DNA from: Fibrobacteria bacterium
GTDB taxonomy: Bacteria; Fibrobacterota; Chitinivibrionia; Chitinivibrionales; FEN-1185
Reading direction: 5' to 3'
Assembly (NCBI GenBank): GCA_037447435.1
Contig: JBBIGR010000004.1
Span: forward strand, 128,001-192,000
DNA: 64,000 nucleotides
A model generated the notes under the pieces. The model did not search any database. It had not been told where the DNA came from and worked only from the letters and a program-made list of their open reading frames with translations. This document shows, one piece after another, positions 9,600 to 20,479 of the stretch. Each line of letters begins with the position of its first letter. Position 1 is the first letter of the stretch. The translations under genes and the position numbers were made by a program.

Positions 9600-10844
9600 G
9601 TGCGCAAAGATTATTTTAACGCCCTATTCATGAATATCATACATTCAATCAAATCCAAATTTCCCTCGATAAATCGGGATATTGCATTATTTATTTCCAC
9701 TATCGCCGCAATCGGTTTCGGCGATAGCATATTCAATTCGATTTTCAACAATTTCCTCAACGACACTTTCAGTTTAAAAAGTCTAGACCGGACTTTTTTA
9801 GAATTTCCAAGGGAATTACCCGGATTTTCCGTCATATTTGTTTCCGCAGCGTTATTTTTCATTCGAACAAAACGATTGGCGGTAATTTCGGCGGTTTGCG
9901 GCACCATCGGTCTTATTACAATGGCGCTGTTTTCCTTCAGCTTTCATTGGATGTTTGCGTGGTTGTTTATTTTCAGTTTGGGCCAGCATTTGTTCATGCC
10001 GCTTAGTACGAGTATTGGGATGGAACTTGCCAAACAGGGAAAAACCGGTCAACGTCTCGGGCAAATAAATGCCATCCGAAATTTTGCGGTCGTGCTCGGC
10101 AGCTTTTTTGTTTTTATCGGGTTTAAATTCTTAAATTTTAATTTCAAGATATGCTTTTTTATAGCAGCATCCCTGTACGTTATTGCGGCATTATTTCTTT
10201 TTTCCATGGACCCCGGTAACGCTCACGCACCTTCTACCCATTTAAAGCTTTACAAAAAATATTCGATGTACTACTGGCTGTCTATTTTATTCGGAACAAG
10301 GAAACAGATATTCCTGACTTTCGCGCCATGGGTTCTTGTAACCGTTTTCCATGAAAAAACCGCAATGCTGGCCACGTTGCTGACTATCGCCGGAATTGCA
10401 GGCATCGTGTTCCAACCGTTTTTAGGAAAAGCAATCGATAGCCTGGGTGAAAAGAAGGTTCTAATGCTTGAGGCCTTTTTCCTCATTTTCGTTTGCATCG
10501 GATACGGTTTTTCAAAAAATTTTTTCACCGAACAAATCGCATTACTCATTGCCAGCGTCTGTTTTATTGCCGACCAATTGCTTATGTCGGTAAATATGGC
10601 CCGATCAACCTACCTGCATAAAATTGCGATCAATAAAAGCCACATCACGCCTACTCTAACCATGTCGGTTTCCATCGACCATATTTTTTCCATTACCGTT
10701 GCATTAATCGGTGGACTGATTTGGTCAAAATTTGGCTATCAATCGGTTTTTTTGCTAGGAGCTGGAATTGCTGCGGTAAATTTAATTTCAGCGTTTTTCA
10801 TTACCCTACCGAAAATTTTACCCGAGTCCCAAAAGAATATGTAA
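9600..10844 (+). CDS. MFS transporter (start may be ATG 9630)
   Basis: About 12 hydrophobic segments; motif-A-like GKAIDSLGEKK. Confidence 0.88.
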   Translation: MRKDYFNALFMNIIHSIKSKFPSINRDIALFISTIAAIGFGDSIFNSIFNNFLNDTFSLKSLDRTFLEFPRELPGFSVIFVSAALFFIRTKRLAVISAVCGTIGLITMALFSFSFHWMFAWLFIFSLGQHLFMPLSTSIGMELAKQGKTGQRLGQINAIRNFAVVLGSFFVFIGFKFLNFNFKICFFIAASLYVIAALFLFSMDPGNAHAPSTHLKLYKKYSMYYWLSILFGTRKQIFLTFAPWVLVTVFHEKTAMLATLLTIAGIAGIVFQPFLGKAIDSLGEKKVLMLEAFFLIFVCIGYGFSKNFFTEQIALLIASVCFIADQLLMSVNMARSTYLHKIAINKSHITPTLTMSVSIDHIFSITVALIGGLIWSKFGYQSVFLLGAGIAAVNLISAFFITLPKILPESQKNM

Positions 10845-10883
10845 AAAAGAAACCCTTCGGGTGCTGTGTACCGAAGGGTTTTG
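10843..10883. terminator. Bidirectional intrinsic terminator
   Basis: AAACCCTTCGG (10850-10860) / CCGAAGGGTTT (10871-10881); T-run on + after the MFS gene and TTTCTTTTTT on -. Confidence 0.85.
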
Positions 10884-10925
10884 GTAAGGTAGGCAAGGAG
10901 AGGTTAAACAACCTACCTTACAGAG
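10843..10925 (-). ncRNA. Candidate ~80-nt two-hairpin sRNA with an anti-SD loop
   Basis: Minus strand: perfect 10-bp stem GUAAGGUAGG/CCUACCUUAC enclosing UUGUUUAACCUCUCCUUG, immediately followed by the terminator and U-tract; extended -10-like TGATAAATT at 10934-10926. Confidence 0.55.
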
Positions 10926-11121
10926 AATTTATCAAAGAATTCGTTAATTTTTTTATGTCTATAAACAATCTATTTAAAAGTTGATTATATGTTTTTAAAA
11001 AACCATTTTATATATATTTTAATTAACATCGGCTCGATTTTAATTACAAGAATAAATATACCGGAATAAATCAAAAAAAAAAACGACAAAATTGTCGTTT
11101 TTTTTGTTCGCACCAAATTGT

Positions 11122-11871
11122 ATGAATCCATTATTAAAAGAAGCCTATACGTTTTTCCAAAAGATGGTAAACGTATTGATTGTGGACAACGACGAGCAAA
11201 TCCTCGAATTGCTCAAGGCTATGTTCGCTTCACCGGTTTTTAACTTCGTTTCTTCAAGCTCGCTTTCCAGTGCCATGGAATTTATAGAGAAATCACAAAT
11301 TCGATGGCATTGCTGGATACTTGATATCGATTTAGCTTCAGAAGATAACGGCTTGAGCATTCTTTCTAAAAATTCCGGTTTTCCTTTCTCCATAATTTTA
11401 TCAGGATTACGATCCATGTCCATAGCAACCGATGCCATGAAACTGGGAGCAAGGGCCGTGGTCGATAAAGATCCTTTGGGATTAAGAAGATTATATACGG
11501 AAGTATGCCAAACCGCTGCGTTGGCATTTGTGTTGCATGGAAAACAAACGCCTTTTTTAAATTCATTTCTCCATTTACAAAATAAAAACGTGGTTTCATT
11601 GGAAGATTGGGCCGAAATTTCGGCAACGCCGGTACGGCAAATCCAAAGAATGTGCGGTCTTCACAATTCATTGACACCTCATTATGCCATAGCATTATAC
11701 CGGACAATCTTCTTTTTATTATGGCATTCGGATTTTCAGGAAGAAATCATATTGAACCCGATCGATAGTCAAGACAACGAACCTCAATTTAAAGATTATC
11801 AGCAGGCCATCGACTATATCATGAGGAAACTGCCTCATAAGCAACTTCGAGAGATACAGCGTACCGTATGA
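11122..11871 (+). CDS. Response regulator (REC plus atypical output domain with a possible single HTH)
   Basis: VLIVDND, ILDIDL (phospho-acceptor Asp), IILSG, AMKLGA..VVDKD; C-terminal SLEDWAEISATPVRQIQRMC. Start uncertain (11092/11122/11164). Confidence 0.8.
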   Translation: MNPLLKEAYTFFQKMVNVLIVDNDEQILELLKAMFASPVFNFVSSSSLSSAMEFIEKSQIRWHCWILDIDLASEDNGLSILSKNSGFPFSIILSGLRSMSIATDAMKLGARAVVDKDPLGLRRLYTEVCQTAALAFVLHGKQTPFLNSFLHLQNKNVVSLEDWAEISATPVRQIQRMCGLHNSLTPHYAIALYRTIFFLLWHSDFQEEIILNPIDSQDNEPQFKDYQQAIDYIMRKLPHKQLREIQRTV

Positions 11872-11899
11872 ACGGCTTAAAAAAAAGTTTTTTTTCCGC

Positions 11900-12793
11900 A
11901 TGCATATTGTTACAATTGTCATATTTGTATTGAACATTGTTCTTTTTTATACAATCTCACATTTTAAATTACCCCCTTTTATCCCCTATCTATTGGTCGG
12001 CGGCTTTTTCATTTCATATTATATGGTATTTCTGCACTTGTTGCGCGCAAAAGAACAAACCATTCAAGACCAGCTGGACACGTTAAAAAACAATCACGGC
12101 ATGATACGCGGGCAAATGCATGATATTTCCAATTTCGTCGGCACTGCATACGGGTGGTGTCAATCGACATTCAAAACATCGGACCTTGAAAAAAAACGGG
12201 AGCATTGGCAAAAAGCAACTTATTCGTTCAATAAGGTTTCAGAACAGTTGCGAACGATTTCGACACTTTTGTCGGACACTGATACTATGGTGCAATTATC
12301 ATCGATGGCCCCGTCTACATTTATCAACGAACTTCGTTCTTTTGTAAGCCAATCATTTGCATTTGAAACGAAATTGGACGATTCGACCGCCCCGGTATTC
12401 CTTCCCCAAAGGATTTCCTTTGCAATCCCCCGTCACTTTACCGGCAAGCGACTTGCAATAGATCTGCGAGCGTTCAAAGACGTTCTACGACATCTCGTAT
12501 CGAATGCGGAAAAAGCCGATGCAACGTCCATGATCATTCTGTTCAACGAAAACATCGAAAAACAAGAATTGAACATCATCGTTAAGGACAACGGCACGGG
12601 TATTCCGCAAAGTATGCGCGGCGTTTTATTCAGGGAGAAAATCAATAGTGCCGGCGGCTCGGGAACAGGGCTGTTGCACGTACGGATGATTATAGAAAGT
12701 CATGGGGCAAAAATACGGCTCGGCTTGCCGCCTGCCGATTTGCAAGCAAAACAATGCACCGAATTTGTGATTTCGGGTTTGAAACTGGTATAG
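11900..12793 (+). CDS. Membrane histidine kinase, two TM helices, no extracytoplasmic sensor domain
   Basis: H-box MHDISN, N-box HLVSNAEKA, G1 VKDNGTGIP, G2 GSGTGL. Confidence 0.85.
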   Translation: MHIVTIVIFVLNIVLFYTISHFKLPPFIPYLLVGGFFISYYMVFLHLLRAKEQTIQDQLDTLKNNHGMIRGQMHDISNFVGTAYGWCQSTFKTSDLEKKREHWQKATYSFNKVSEQLRTISTLLSDTDTMVQLSSMAPSTFINELRSFVSQSFAFETKLDDSTAPVFLPQRISFAIPRHFTGKRLAIDLRAFKDVLRHLVSNAEKADATSMIILFNENIEKQELNIIVKDNGTGIPQSMRGVLFREKINSAGGSGTGLLHVRMIIESHGAKIRLGLPPADLQAKQCTEFVISGLKLV

Positions 12794-12842
12794 AAAAGCA
12801 AGTAAAAAACAAACAACAATCAATTCGGCACATTGCAATTAC

Positions 12843-12887
12843 AAATAAAAAAAGGAGCGATGATCGTTATCGTCCCTTTTTTTATTT
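12843..12887. terminator. Bidirectional terminator between convergent genes
   Basis: AAATAAAAAAAGG...CCTTTTTTTATTT inverted repeat with an imperfect inner stem. Confidence 0.75.
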
Positions 12888-12909
12888 AATGCCAATCGCA
12901 GACTAAAGG

Positions 12910-14727
12910 TCAATCGACATAAAACTGGCTGACATTGTCAATAATTTTTGCACGGTTTTTAATATCCAGATACCAGTCATAATAATTCTTCTGTGCAACA
13001 TCGTTGAGAATTTTTCTTTGCATTTCGGTTATTTCTGGGCTGCCCCACGGTATATCGGTAACCTTTTTATGCCACAAAGGCTTTACAATATAAAAAGAAC
13101 CGCTCGCTTCGATAAGGCCGGATACCTTGTTATCGGGCAATGCAAATGCCGCAGCAACAGGTTTATTGTTAAATCCGACTCCGGCAATATATTGTTCACG
13201 ACCGACGGTGTCTGTGGTACCGCTGACAAACAGCTGATCGAATTTGGAATATTGCGCAACTGCATTTTTATCGGGTATTGATTTCATTACTTCCTCAACA
13301 TGCGCTTTCGCTTTTGCTTTCCGCGACGCATCATTAAGGATCGTGGCGATTTTATCTCGTGCTGCAGGGAGAGGCAATATGCCCTTTTTGACTTTGAGCT
13401 TCACCTGAACGATATAATACCCATTGTCATTTTCCAAGAGATCGGAAACTTCTTTTTCCTCACGCTGGAATGCAAAGGTCGCCGCTCCCGGAACATAACC
13501 GAGTTTCGGCATCATTTCACCGCGTTTGAACAATCCGGTGGAGTCAACGATAACGGTGGTATCCCGCGGCGTCACGGATTTGATTCCGGATGCGACTATT
13601 TTCGCATGCAGGCTATCGGCCAAGCTGCTCAATTTATCTATTGTTTCCCCGGAAGGAACAATCTTCCGCAATATATGGCGAGCGCGTACCTGCTCTTTGC
13701 CGTCCTTTACCTGACGTTCATCGACGAAAATAATATGATAACCGAATCTGGTTTTCACCGGCATTGAAACCGTTTTGGGCTGAATCGAAAACGCAATTTG
13801 TTCGAATTCCGGAACCATCATGCCTTTGGAAATCCAACCAAGCTCTCCGCCTTGCGCACCGCTTCCCTCATCATCGGATTCCACGCGCGCTTCTTGGGCA
13901 AAATTCGAATCGTTATTATTGATTTTAGTTCTCAAAGCAACCAATTCGTCGTAAGTGGCTTTTTCATCTGCAGCGGTCGGCGATTTGGGAATGCGCACAA
14001 AATACAAATCCGCCTGATCGGGGGTCGTAAAAGAATCCTGATGCGCTTGATAATATTCGGATATTTTCGCATCGGTCACAGGGTCCGGTGAAAACCGGTC
14101 GCTGTTAAGAGCGGCATATTCGAAAACCGCTTTTTCTTTTTGTACTTTGTAATCGTAGGCGAGTTCCGCATTCGATTGGAAATTCTGCATAGACAATAGA
14201 AAACGAAGCGATTGCATGGGCACAAGGAAATCCCTCGTGTATTTTTCGAGCGATTGCATTCCTTCATTTTCGTAAATTGCGGGATTGTTTAAAAAAGCAA
14301 TGAATTTCGTGGTATCGAAGACGCTGTCGGTTTGGAATTGTTTTGCCTGATACACTTCCGGCGGAGGATTGCGTTTGATATATTCGAATATTTCGTCGGC
14401 AGAGGCACCGATGTTCATCTTCGCAAAAACGTCCTTGAGCAACAAGCGGCTTACTTCGGTTTCCCAGACTTGTTTCGGTACCATTCTGCTTTGTGCCGCA
14501 GGAACTTCCGCACCCTGGTATTGTTCGCGTTGCTTTTCACGTTCCGCACTCACCATTTTATCGAAATAGCGAAGGGATATATCTTTTCCATTTACCTTGC
14601 CGACGGCATCCTTCACCCGGTCGCGGCTCGAGAGGTCCATTCCCCAGGCAAAAACGATTGTCGCGACAAACGCGACAATAACGATCCACATGATAACCGC
14701 AGCATTTTTCCTCATCGACTGAATCAT
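12910..14727 (-). CDS. ppiD: PpiD/SurA-family peptidyl-prolyl isomerase (SurA-N plus parvulin domain)
   Basis: N-terminal TM anchor, VGKVNGKDIS, parvulin motif SDDEGSGAQGGELGW...MVPEFE...PVKTRFGYHII; GGAG SD before ATG 14727. Confidence 0.85.
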   Translation of the reverse strand: MIQSMRKNAAVIMWIVIVAFVATIVFAWGMDLSSRDRVKDAVGKVNGKDISLRYFDKMVSAEREKQREQYQGAEVPAAQSRMVPKQVWETEVSRLLLKDVFAKMNIGASADEIFEYIKRNPPPEVYQAKQFQTDSVFDTTKFIAFLNNPAIYENEGMQSLEKYTRDFLVPMQSLRFLLSMQNFQSNAELAYDYKVQKEKAVFEYAALNSDRFSPDPVTDAKISEYYQAHQDSFTTPDQADLYFVRIPKSPTAADEKATYDELVALRTKINNNDSNFAQEARVESDDEGSGAQGGELGWISKGMMVPEFEQIAFSIQPKTVSMPVKTRFGYHIIFVDERQVKDGKEQVRARHILRKIVPSGETIDKLSSLADSLHAKIVASGIKSVTPRDTTVIVDSTGLFKRGEMMPKLGYVPGAATFAFQREEKEVSDLLENDNGYYIVQVKLKVKKGILPLPAARDKIATILNDASRKAKAKAHVEEVMKSIPDKNAVAQYSKFDQLFVSGTTDTVGREQYIAGVGFNNKPVAAAFALPDNKVSGLIEASGSFYIVKPLWHKKVTDIPWGSPEITEMQRKILNDVAQKNYYDWYLDIKNRAKIIDNVSQFYVD

Positions 14728-14783
14728 AGCTTTTCTCCAGAACAAATGGTGTTAAATCGGGTGACACATGTAATACAAACAAA

Positions 14784-16631
14784 TCATTTCGTTTTTAATT
14801 TGAGCAAACTTTCGTACACGGCTTTATTACTGATAATCGCCAAGGCGCTTTTGAATTGCGAATCATCAAGCAGCTTCTGACGATTCACAAAATCGTTATC
14901 CTGTCCCAACTCCCGGACTAAAAACGCGTCGCGAAGATATGTTTTGATTTCCGTCTCATTTTTTGTAAACTCGCGCTTGTTTTCATCTGCCAAAATAGCT
15001 GCCAGCTGCGCACTGATTTTCTTTAAATGGTCCTGTTCCTCTTTAGTCCAATCGGGTTTGTTGCGCATTTTATTCAACGAATCGGCAACCGCTTTCTTCG
15101 TCGAATCTTTTACGGACGCCTCGTCGATGATGCCGGCACGGACCTTGAATTCGTCGAATACGATTTGCGCATAGCTTTGATAATTGAACTTTATTGAATC
15201 CAAATACGTATAGAAGTCCTTAAGTACGGCATTGTCTATTGCAAATGAATTGTCGATTTTGAGCTTCTTGGCTTTTAATTTCGGGTATTCGACATTTGCA
15301 AAGCCGAAGAACGCATCTTTAAGGAATAAAGCACGAATTAAAATTTCCGGGTATTTCTGTTGTACGACAGTGTCGGGAATGATTCCGCCTCCGCCGTGAA
15401 CAATGCGACCTTTGTTTGTTTTATACGTTGTCGTATCGGTCTTCGAAGCGCTCTTGCCCGTACTGTCTTTTTTAACAGAGTCTTTCGTCGCACCGTCTTC
15501 GGAATCCTCATCGTCCGATTTTTTCTTTCCGCGAATACCGTTTTCCGGTTTATTGATGCAACGGCCCGAAGGGGTGTAGTAAAAAGCCGTGGTTATTTTC
15601 ATATGGTTGACGTCGTCGATAGGCAGGATACTTTGCACCGAGCCTTTACCGAACGTCGTATCGCCCACGATCACTCCTCTATCCCAGTCTTGAATGGCTC
15701 CGGATACGATTTCCGAGGCGCTGGCGCTGCCGTTATTGACCAAAACGACCAACGGAATTTCGGGCGGAAGTATCGGATTGGTTGTCACATAGGATTCCTT
15801 ATTCTGGTTGGCGATTCTTCCCCGAGTATACACAACCAGCGATTTTTTTGGCAGAAATTTTTCCGAAACTTCAATTGCCTGCGGCAATAACCCGCCCGGA
15901 TTGTAGCGAAGGTCCAATATCACGCCTTTGATGTTCTTTTTAAGCAATTCTTTGAGCGCTTTTTCAACTTCGCTGCCGGCTTCTTCGGAAAATTGTTTCA
16001 AAGCGACATAACCGATACCGTTATCAAACACGCCCGAATACGGAACCGATTTGATATGAATTATTTCCCGGGTTATCGTATAATCGAGGTCTTTGGGTTC
16101 ACCGCGCCGGCGGATGGTGATGGAAACATCGGTGCCGGGTTCGCCGCGAAGTTTGCCTACTGCCTGATCGATGGTTATGCCGTCTGTTGATTTTCCGGAA
16201 ATCTTGAGGATTTGATCACCCGATTGTATTCCGGACCGTTCGGCTGGAGTACCGGGGATAGGCGTCATGACCGTCAGCACTTTGTCGCGAATGGAAATCT
16301 GAATGCCCAAGCCGCCGAATTTTCCTTCGGTTTGGATCATTAATTCTTCGTACTGTTTTTTCTCAAAGTAATTAGTGTGCGGATCGAGGATTTGCAGCAT
16401 TCCGTCTATTGCATTGTCAACCAGTTTTTTGGAATCGATGCTTTCAACGTAATTTTGATGAATTTTCGTGGCAACCCGTTCGAGTCGCATTATGTCGGCG
16501 TAAAAATTATCGTTTTCCGCTTTGGTAACGTCAAAAGCCAAGCCGGCAATAATAACGATAAGAATTGCCAGGCCAACCAAAGGTATCCGCGGGGACATGG
16601 GTTTGGGTCCGTTTCCATTTGTGCTATTCAT
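14784..16631 (-). CDS. ctpA: S41 carboxy-terminal processing protease
   Basis: LDPHT, PDZ GLGIQI, ILDLRYNPGG, SASASEIV (catalytic Ser), TFGKGSVQ, GGIIPD. Confidence 0.93.
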   Translation of the reverse strand: MNSTNGNGPKPMSPRIPLVGLAILIVIIAGLAFDVTKAENDNFYADIMRLERVATKIHQNYVESIDSKKLVDNAIDGMLQILDPHTNYFEKKQYEELMIQTEGKFGGLGIQISIRDKVLTVMTPIPGTPAERSGIQSGDQILKISGKSTDGITIDQAVGKLRGEPGTDVSITIRRRGEPKDLDYTITREIIHIKSVPYSGVFDNGIGYVALKQFSEEAGSEVEKALKELLKKNIKGVILDLRYNPGGLLPQAIEVSEKFLPKKSLVVYTRGRIANQNKESYVTTNPILPPEIPLVVLVNNGSASASEIVSGAIQDWDRGVIVGDTTFGKGSVQSILPIDDVNHMKITTAFYYTPSGRCINKPENGIRGKKKSDDEDSEDGATKDSVKKDSTGKSASKTDTTTYKTNKGRIVHGGGGIIPDTVVQQKYPEILIRALFLKDAFFGFANVEYPKLKAKKLKIDNSFAIDNAVLKDFYTYLDSIKFNYQSYAQIVFDEFKVRAGIIDEASVKDSTKKAVADSLNKMRNKPDWTKEEQDHLKKISAQLAAILADENKREFTKNETEIKTYLRDAFLVRELGQDNDFVNRQKLLDDSQFKSALAIISNKAVYESLLKLKTK

Positions 16632-16768
16632 TCGTCTGCTTCCTTTAAGCCTTGTTCAAAAGGCCTTAAAAATGTTACGCTGGGCAGCTATTCGTACCTA
16701 TAAAAGTGCAAAGTTTTTAAAATACATCAGAAACGATAAATTCCATACTATTTATTCTCATACGGGTA

Positions 16769-17392
16769 TTATTGCAAACGTCCCATGATCGAATCCAAAA
16801 CTTTTTTAGACAAACCATCCATGGTTTCACTGCCTTGCAAAAGTACGATTCTCTGCGGATTTTTTCTGGCCAAAGCCAAATATCCTTCCCTGACCCTCAT
16901 AAAAAAATCCCTGCCGCTCGACTCAAGCCGGTCGGGTAATTTATCGGACTTTTTCAACCTTTCGATCGAAACATCGACATCGACATCAAAAATAAAGGTG
17001 AGCGCCGGCTCGATACCGGACGTGGAAAACGCATTGAGTTGCAACAGCGTATCCATGGAAAATCCGCGCCCAAACCCTTGATAGGCAAATGTCGCCTCCT
17101 GAAACCGGTCGCACAGTACCACCTCGCCGCGAGCCAATGCCGGTCCGATCACTTCGCGACAATGCTGCGCACGAGCCGCAAAATACAACAGCGCTTCGCA
17201 TTCATTGCTCATTTGTGAATTGTCGGGAGATAACAGCACGGTACGGATCTGTTCGGCGATATTCGTCCCGCCCGGTTCCCGGGTGACAAGATACGGCAGT
17301 TTTTTGTTTTTTAATGCGGTTGCGGCCATTGCAACTTGCGTGCTTTTGCCGCAGCCGTCGATGCCTTCGAAGGTTACAAACAATCCGCTCAT
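16769..17392 (-). CDS. tmk: Thymidylate kinase
   Basis: [13 protein letters not shown]-loop, TREPGG, LCDRF, AYQG; ATG overlaps the secA stop (ATGA). Confidence 0.97.
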   Translation of the reverse strand: MSGLFVTFEGIDGCGKSTQVAMAATALKNKKLPYLVTREPGGTNIAEQIRTVLLSPDNSQMSNECEALLYFAARAQHCREVIGPALARGEVVLCDRFQEATFAYQGFGRGFSMDTLLQLNAFSTSGIEPALTFIFDVDVDVSIERLKKSDKLPDRLESSGRDFFMRVREGYLALARKNPQRIVLLQGSETMDGLSKKVLDSIMGRLQ

Positions 17393-20300
17393 GTCGCACC
17401 GTGACATTTTTTGTATTTTTTCCCGCTTCCGCACGGGCACGGATCGTTTCTCCCAACCGCCAGCGCAACATTGACTACAGGGGCACGCTTGGCAGGGCCG
17501 TCACCCTGCGGCGCCCGGTTTGTCGAGGTTTGCTGCGGTTGCGGCATGGGTTGCGCCTCTCCTGCCGACGAAAATATGTCAAATGCCCCGTGAATCGTCT
17601 GGCTGCGCTGCAAGCCCATCCGGTCTTCCTCGGCAGAAACAGCTTCCAGTCTGAAAACCATGGATGCGACCTCTCGCGCAATACCGTCACGAAGCTCCTC
17701 AAACATTTTCACGCCTTCGCGTTGATATTCGTAAAGCGGGTTTTTCTGGCCAAACGCACGATATTGGACGCCGCCTTTCAAATGGTCCATTTCGTACAGA
17801 TGGTCTTTCCATAAATTGTCGATCACCATAAGGAAAACACCGCGCTCGAATTGACGCATGACATCGGCGCCAAGACGCGATTCTTTTTCTTCATACCGCG
17901 CCTTGACAAGTTTCCATATGTCGTCGAACAGTTCATCGATGGTCGACACTTTACTTTCCGGATAAATAACCCCGTACAACATCTGCAATTCTTTTTGCAG
18001 GTCTTTGAGGTTCCATGATTCCGCGGTCTTGTTCGCTCCTGCATATTTGTAAATGAGCGACTCCAGAATGGCGGCAAGTTGATCTAAAATTTCGTCCTTG
18101 ATGTCCTCGCCTTTTAATATCCTTTGGCGCAAGCCGTAAATTTCCTTGCGCTGCAAATTCATGACATCATCGTATTCTTTGAGGTGCTTGCGTATTTCGA
18201 AGTTGCGGGCCTCGACGCGTTTCTGCGCATTACCGATCGCGCCGGTCACAAAACGATGCGAAATGACTTCGCCTTCCTGCGCCCCAAGCCTGTCCATGAT
18301 ACCTGCAATGCGTTCGGACCCGAAAATGCGCATGAGGTCGTCGTCGAGCGAAAGGAAAAACTTTGACGACCCGGGGTCGCCCTGTCGTCCGGCTCGGCCG
18401 CGTAACTGATTATCGATACGGCGGGCCTCGTGACGTTCGGTACCGATGATGTGCAATCCGCCCAAACCGACGACGGTCTGGTGTTCTTCGTCGAGCTGCT
18501 TGAACAATTTTGCAAACCGTTTGCGTTTTTCATCGAGCGTCAAGTCTTCGGGCTCAATGCCTTCCTTGACAAGTTCGTTGTTTGCATGGGCTTCGAAATT
18601 TCCGCCCAAAACGATATCGGTACCGCGACCGGCCATATTGGTCGCTATGGTAACGGATTTGAGACGTCCTGCCTGCGAAATGATTTGCGCTTCCCGCGCA
18701 TGTTGTTTCGCATTAAGCACTTCGTGCTGTATTCCCGCACGCAGCAACAATTTGCTTAAGATTTCCGATTTTTCAATCGAGGTCGTCCCCACCAGCACCG
18801 GCCTGCCCTTTTCGTTCATCTCGCCGATTTCCTTGACAACGGCGGCATACTTTTCCTTGTTGGTACGGTATATTTCGTCTTCGAAATCGTTGCGGTTGAG
18901 GGGGCGATGCGAGGGAATGGTGACGACGTCTAATTTGTAAATCTCGTGAAATTCGCCCGCTTCCGTGATCGCAGTCCCGGTCATGCCCGAAAGTTTGTTA
19001 TACATCTTGAAAAAATTCTGAAATGTAATGGTGGCCAGGGTTTGATTTTCGCCGGCGACCTTGACGCCTTCCTTTGCTTCGACGGCCTGGTGCAACCCCT
19101 CGCTCCAGCGTCTCCCGTGCAAAATACGGCCGGTAAATTCGTCGACAATGAGGATTTGACCTTCTTGCACGACGTAGTCGACGTCTTTTTCGAACAGCGA
19201 ATATGCCCGCAAAAGCTGCGATACGCTATGTATACGTTCCGACCGCTCCGAATGAGCCCGATGCGCTTCTTCGCGTTTTTCGGATTTTTCAATTGGCGAC
19301 AGGGATTCGTCGGCATCGATTTTCCCGATCAGGTCGGACAAATCGGGCACCACGAAAAAATCGGGGTTCGAACCGCCGATGAGTTCCCGGCCTTTTTCGG
19401 TCATTTCGGCGCTGTGTCCCGATTCATCGATGGAATAGAACAATTCCTCATCTATTTCATGCAGTTTCCGTTCGCGCAGAAAATCGGTTTCAACCTGTTT
19501 CATGTACTGCGACACGCCCTGTTCCTTAAGGAAATTGATAAGCTTTGGATTTTTAGGCGATCCTCGTTTGACAATAAGGAGTTTTAGCCCCAGTTCGTAT
19601 TCTTTTCCTTCTTTTCCGACAAGTTGCTCTATTTCGCCGAGTACCTTTTGAATGAGTTGGACCTGGGCGTTGACCAGACGTTCGACACGCGGTTTGAGTT
19701 CTTCGTATTCCCGGTTCGATTTTGTGACCGGGCCCGAAATAATAAGCGGCGTACGCGCCTCATCGATGAGAATATTGTCGACCTCGTCGATGACGGCGAA
19801 ATTGAGTTCTCGCTGCACGAGCTGAGACGGCGACGAAGCCATATTGTCGCGCAGGTAATCGAAGCCGTATTCGTTGTTCGTGCCGTACGTAATATCGCAT
19901 AAATAGGCGTCGCGGCGTTCCTGCGTCCCGGGCTCGGTCGTGTCCAAACACCCGACGGTAAGCCCTAAAAAGGAATGAATACGGCCCATCCATTCGCTGT
20001 CGCGCCTGGAAAGATAATCGTTGACCGTAACCACATGGACACCTTTGCCCGACAACGCATTTAAATACGCGGCCATGGCGGCAACCTGGGTTTTTCCTTC
20101 CCCGGTTTTCATCTCGGAAATATTTCCCTGATGCAAGGTAATCGCACCCATGACCTGGACGTCGAAGTGGTACATGTATGGAATTTCGGTTTTGAAAACC
20201 GGATCGAAAACAGTGCGTTTTTCGCCAAGGACTCGATGCGTTGCTTCCCGAAAAACAGCAAACGCCTCGGGCAAAACGTCATCGAGCGTTGAACCGGCCG

Positions 20301-20466
20301 AAAGCCGTTGCTTAAATTCGTCCGTTTTTGCCTTGAGCTGATCATCCGTCAATGCACGGATACTGTCTTTGAAACTATTGACCGCATCGACTATGGGTTT
20401 GATGCGTTTCATGTCGCGGTCCTGCTTCGAGCCGAACATTGCACCTAAAATTTTCAACATCAGCAT
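17389..20466 (-). CDS. secA: Preprotein translocase subunit SecA
   Basis: [60 protein letters not shown]-terminal [13 protein letters not shown]. Confidence 0.99.
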   Translation of the reverse strand: MLMLKILGAMFGSKQDRDMKRIKPIVDAVNSFKDSIRALTDDQLKAKTDEFKQRLSAGSTLDDVLPEAFAVFREATHRVLGEKRTVFDPVFKTEIPYMYHFDVQVMGAITLHQGNISEMKTGEGKTQVAAMAAYLNALSGKGVHVVTVNDYLSRRDSEWMGRIHSFLGLTVGCLDTTEPGTQERRDAYLCDITYGTNNEYGFDYLRDNMASSPSQLVQRELNFAVIDEVDNILIDEARTPLIISGPVTKSNREYEELKPRVERLVNAQVQLIQKVLGEIEQLVGKEGKEYELGLKLLIVKRGSPKNPKLINFLKEQGVSQYMKQVETDFLRERKLHEIDEELFYSIDESGHSAEMTEKGRELIGGSNPDFFVVPDLSDLIGKIDADESLSPIEKSEKREEAHRAHSERSERIHSVSQLLRAYSLFEKDVDYVVQEGQILIVDEFTGRILHGRRWSEGLHQAVEAKEGVKVAGENQTLATITFQNFFKMYNKLSGMTGTAITEAGEFHEIYKLDVVTIPSHRPLNRNDFEDEIYRTNKEKYAAVVKEIGEMNEKGRPVLVGTTSIEKSEILSKLLLRAGIQHEVLNAKQHAREAQIISQAGRLKSVTIATNMAGRGTDIVLGGNFEAHANNELVKEGIEPEDLTLDEKRKRFAKLFKQLDEEHQTVVGLGGLHIIGTERHEARRIDNQLRGRAGRQGDPGSSKFFLSLDDDLMRIFGSERIAGIMDRLGAQEGEVISHRFVTGAIGNAQKRVEARNFEIRKHLKEYDDVMNLQRKEIYGLRQRILKGEDIKDEILDQLAAILESLIYKYAGANKTAESWNLKDLQKELQMLYGVIYPESKVSTIDELFDDIWKLVKARYEEKESRLGADVMRQFERGVFLMVIDNLWKDHLYEMDHLKGGVQYRAFGQKNPLYEYQREGVKMFEELRDGIAREVASMVFRLEAVSAEEDRMGLQRSQTIHGAFDIFSSAGEAQPMPQPQQTSTNRAPQGDGPAKRAPVVNVALAVGRNDPCPCGSGKKYKKCHGAT

Positions 20467-20479
20467 AAAAAATTCCGCC

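Noticed and set aside
9345..9600. Possible riboswitch in long leaders (also 43280-43380 and 61020-61165)
   Set aside because: No conserved aptamer motif recognised by eye; an Infernal/Rfam scan would be needed to exclude one formally.
10884..10921. Plus-strand reading of the hairpin as a CsrA/RsmA-binding RNA (AAGGA in the loop)
   Set aside because: On + it lies after the terminator, has a single GGA loop and no terminator of its own; the minus orientation explains both hairpins.
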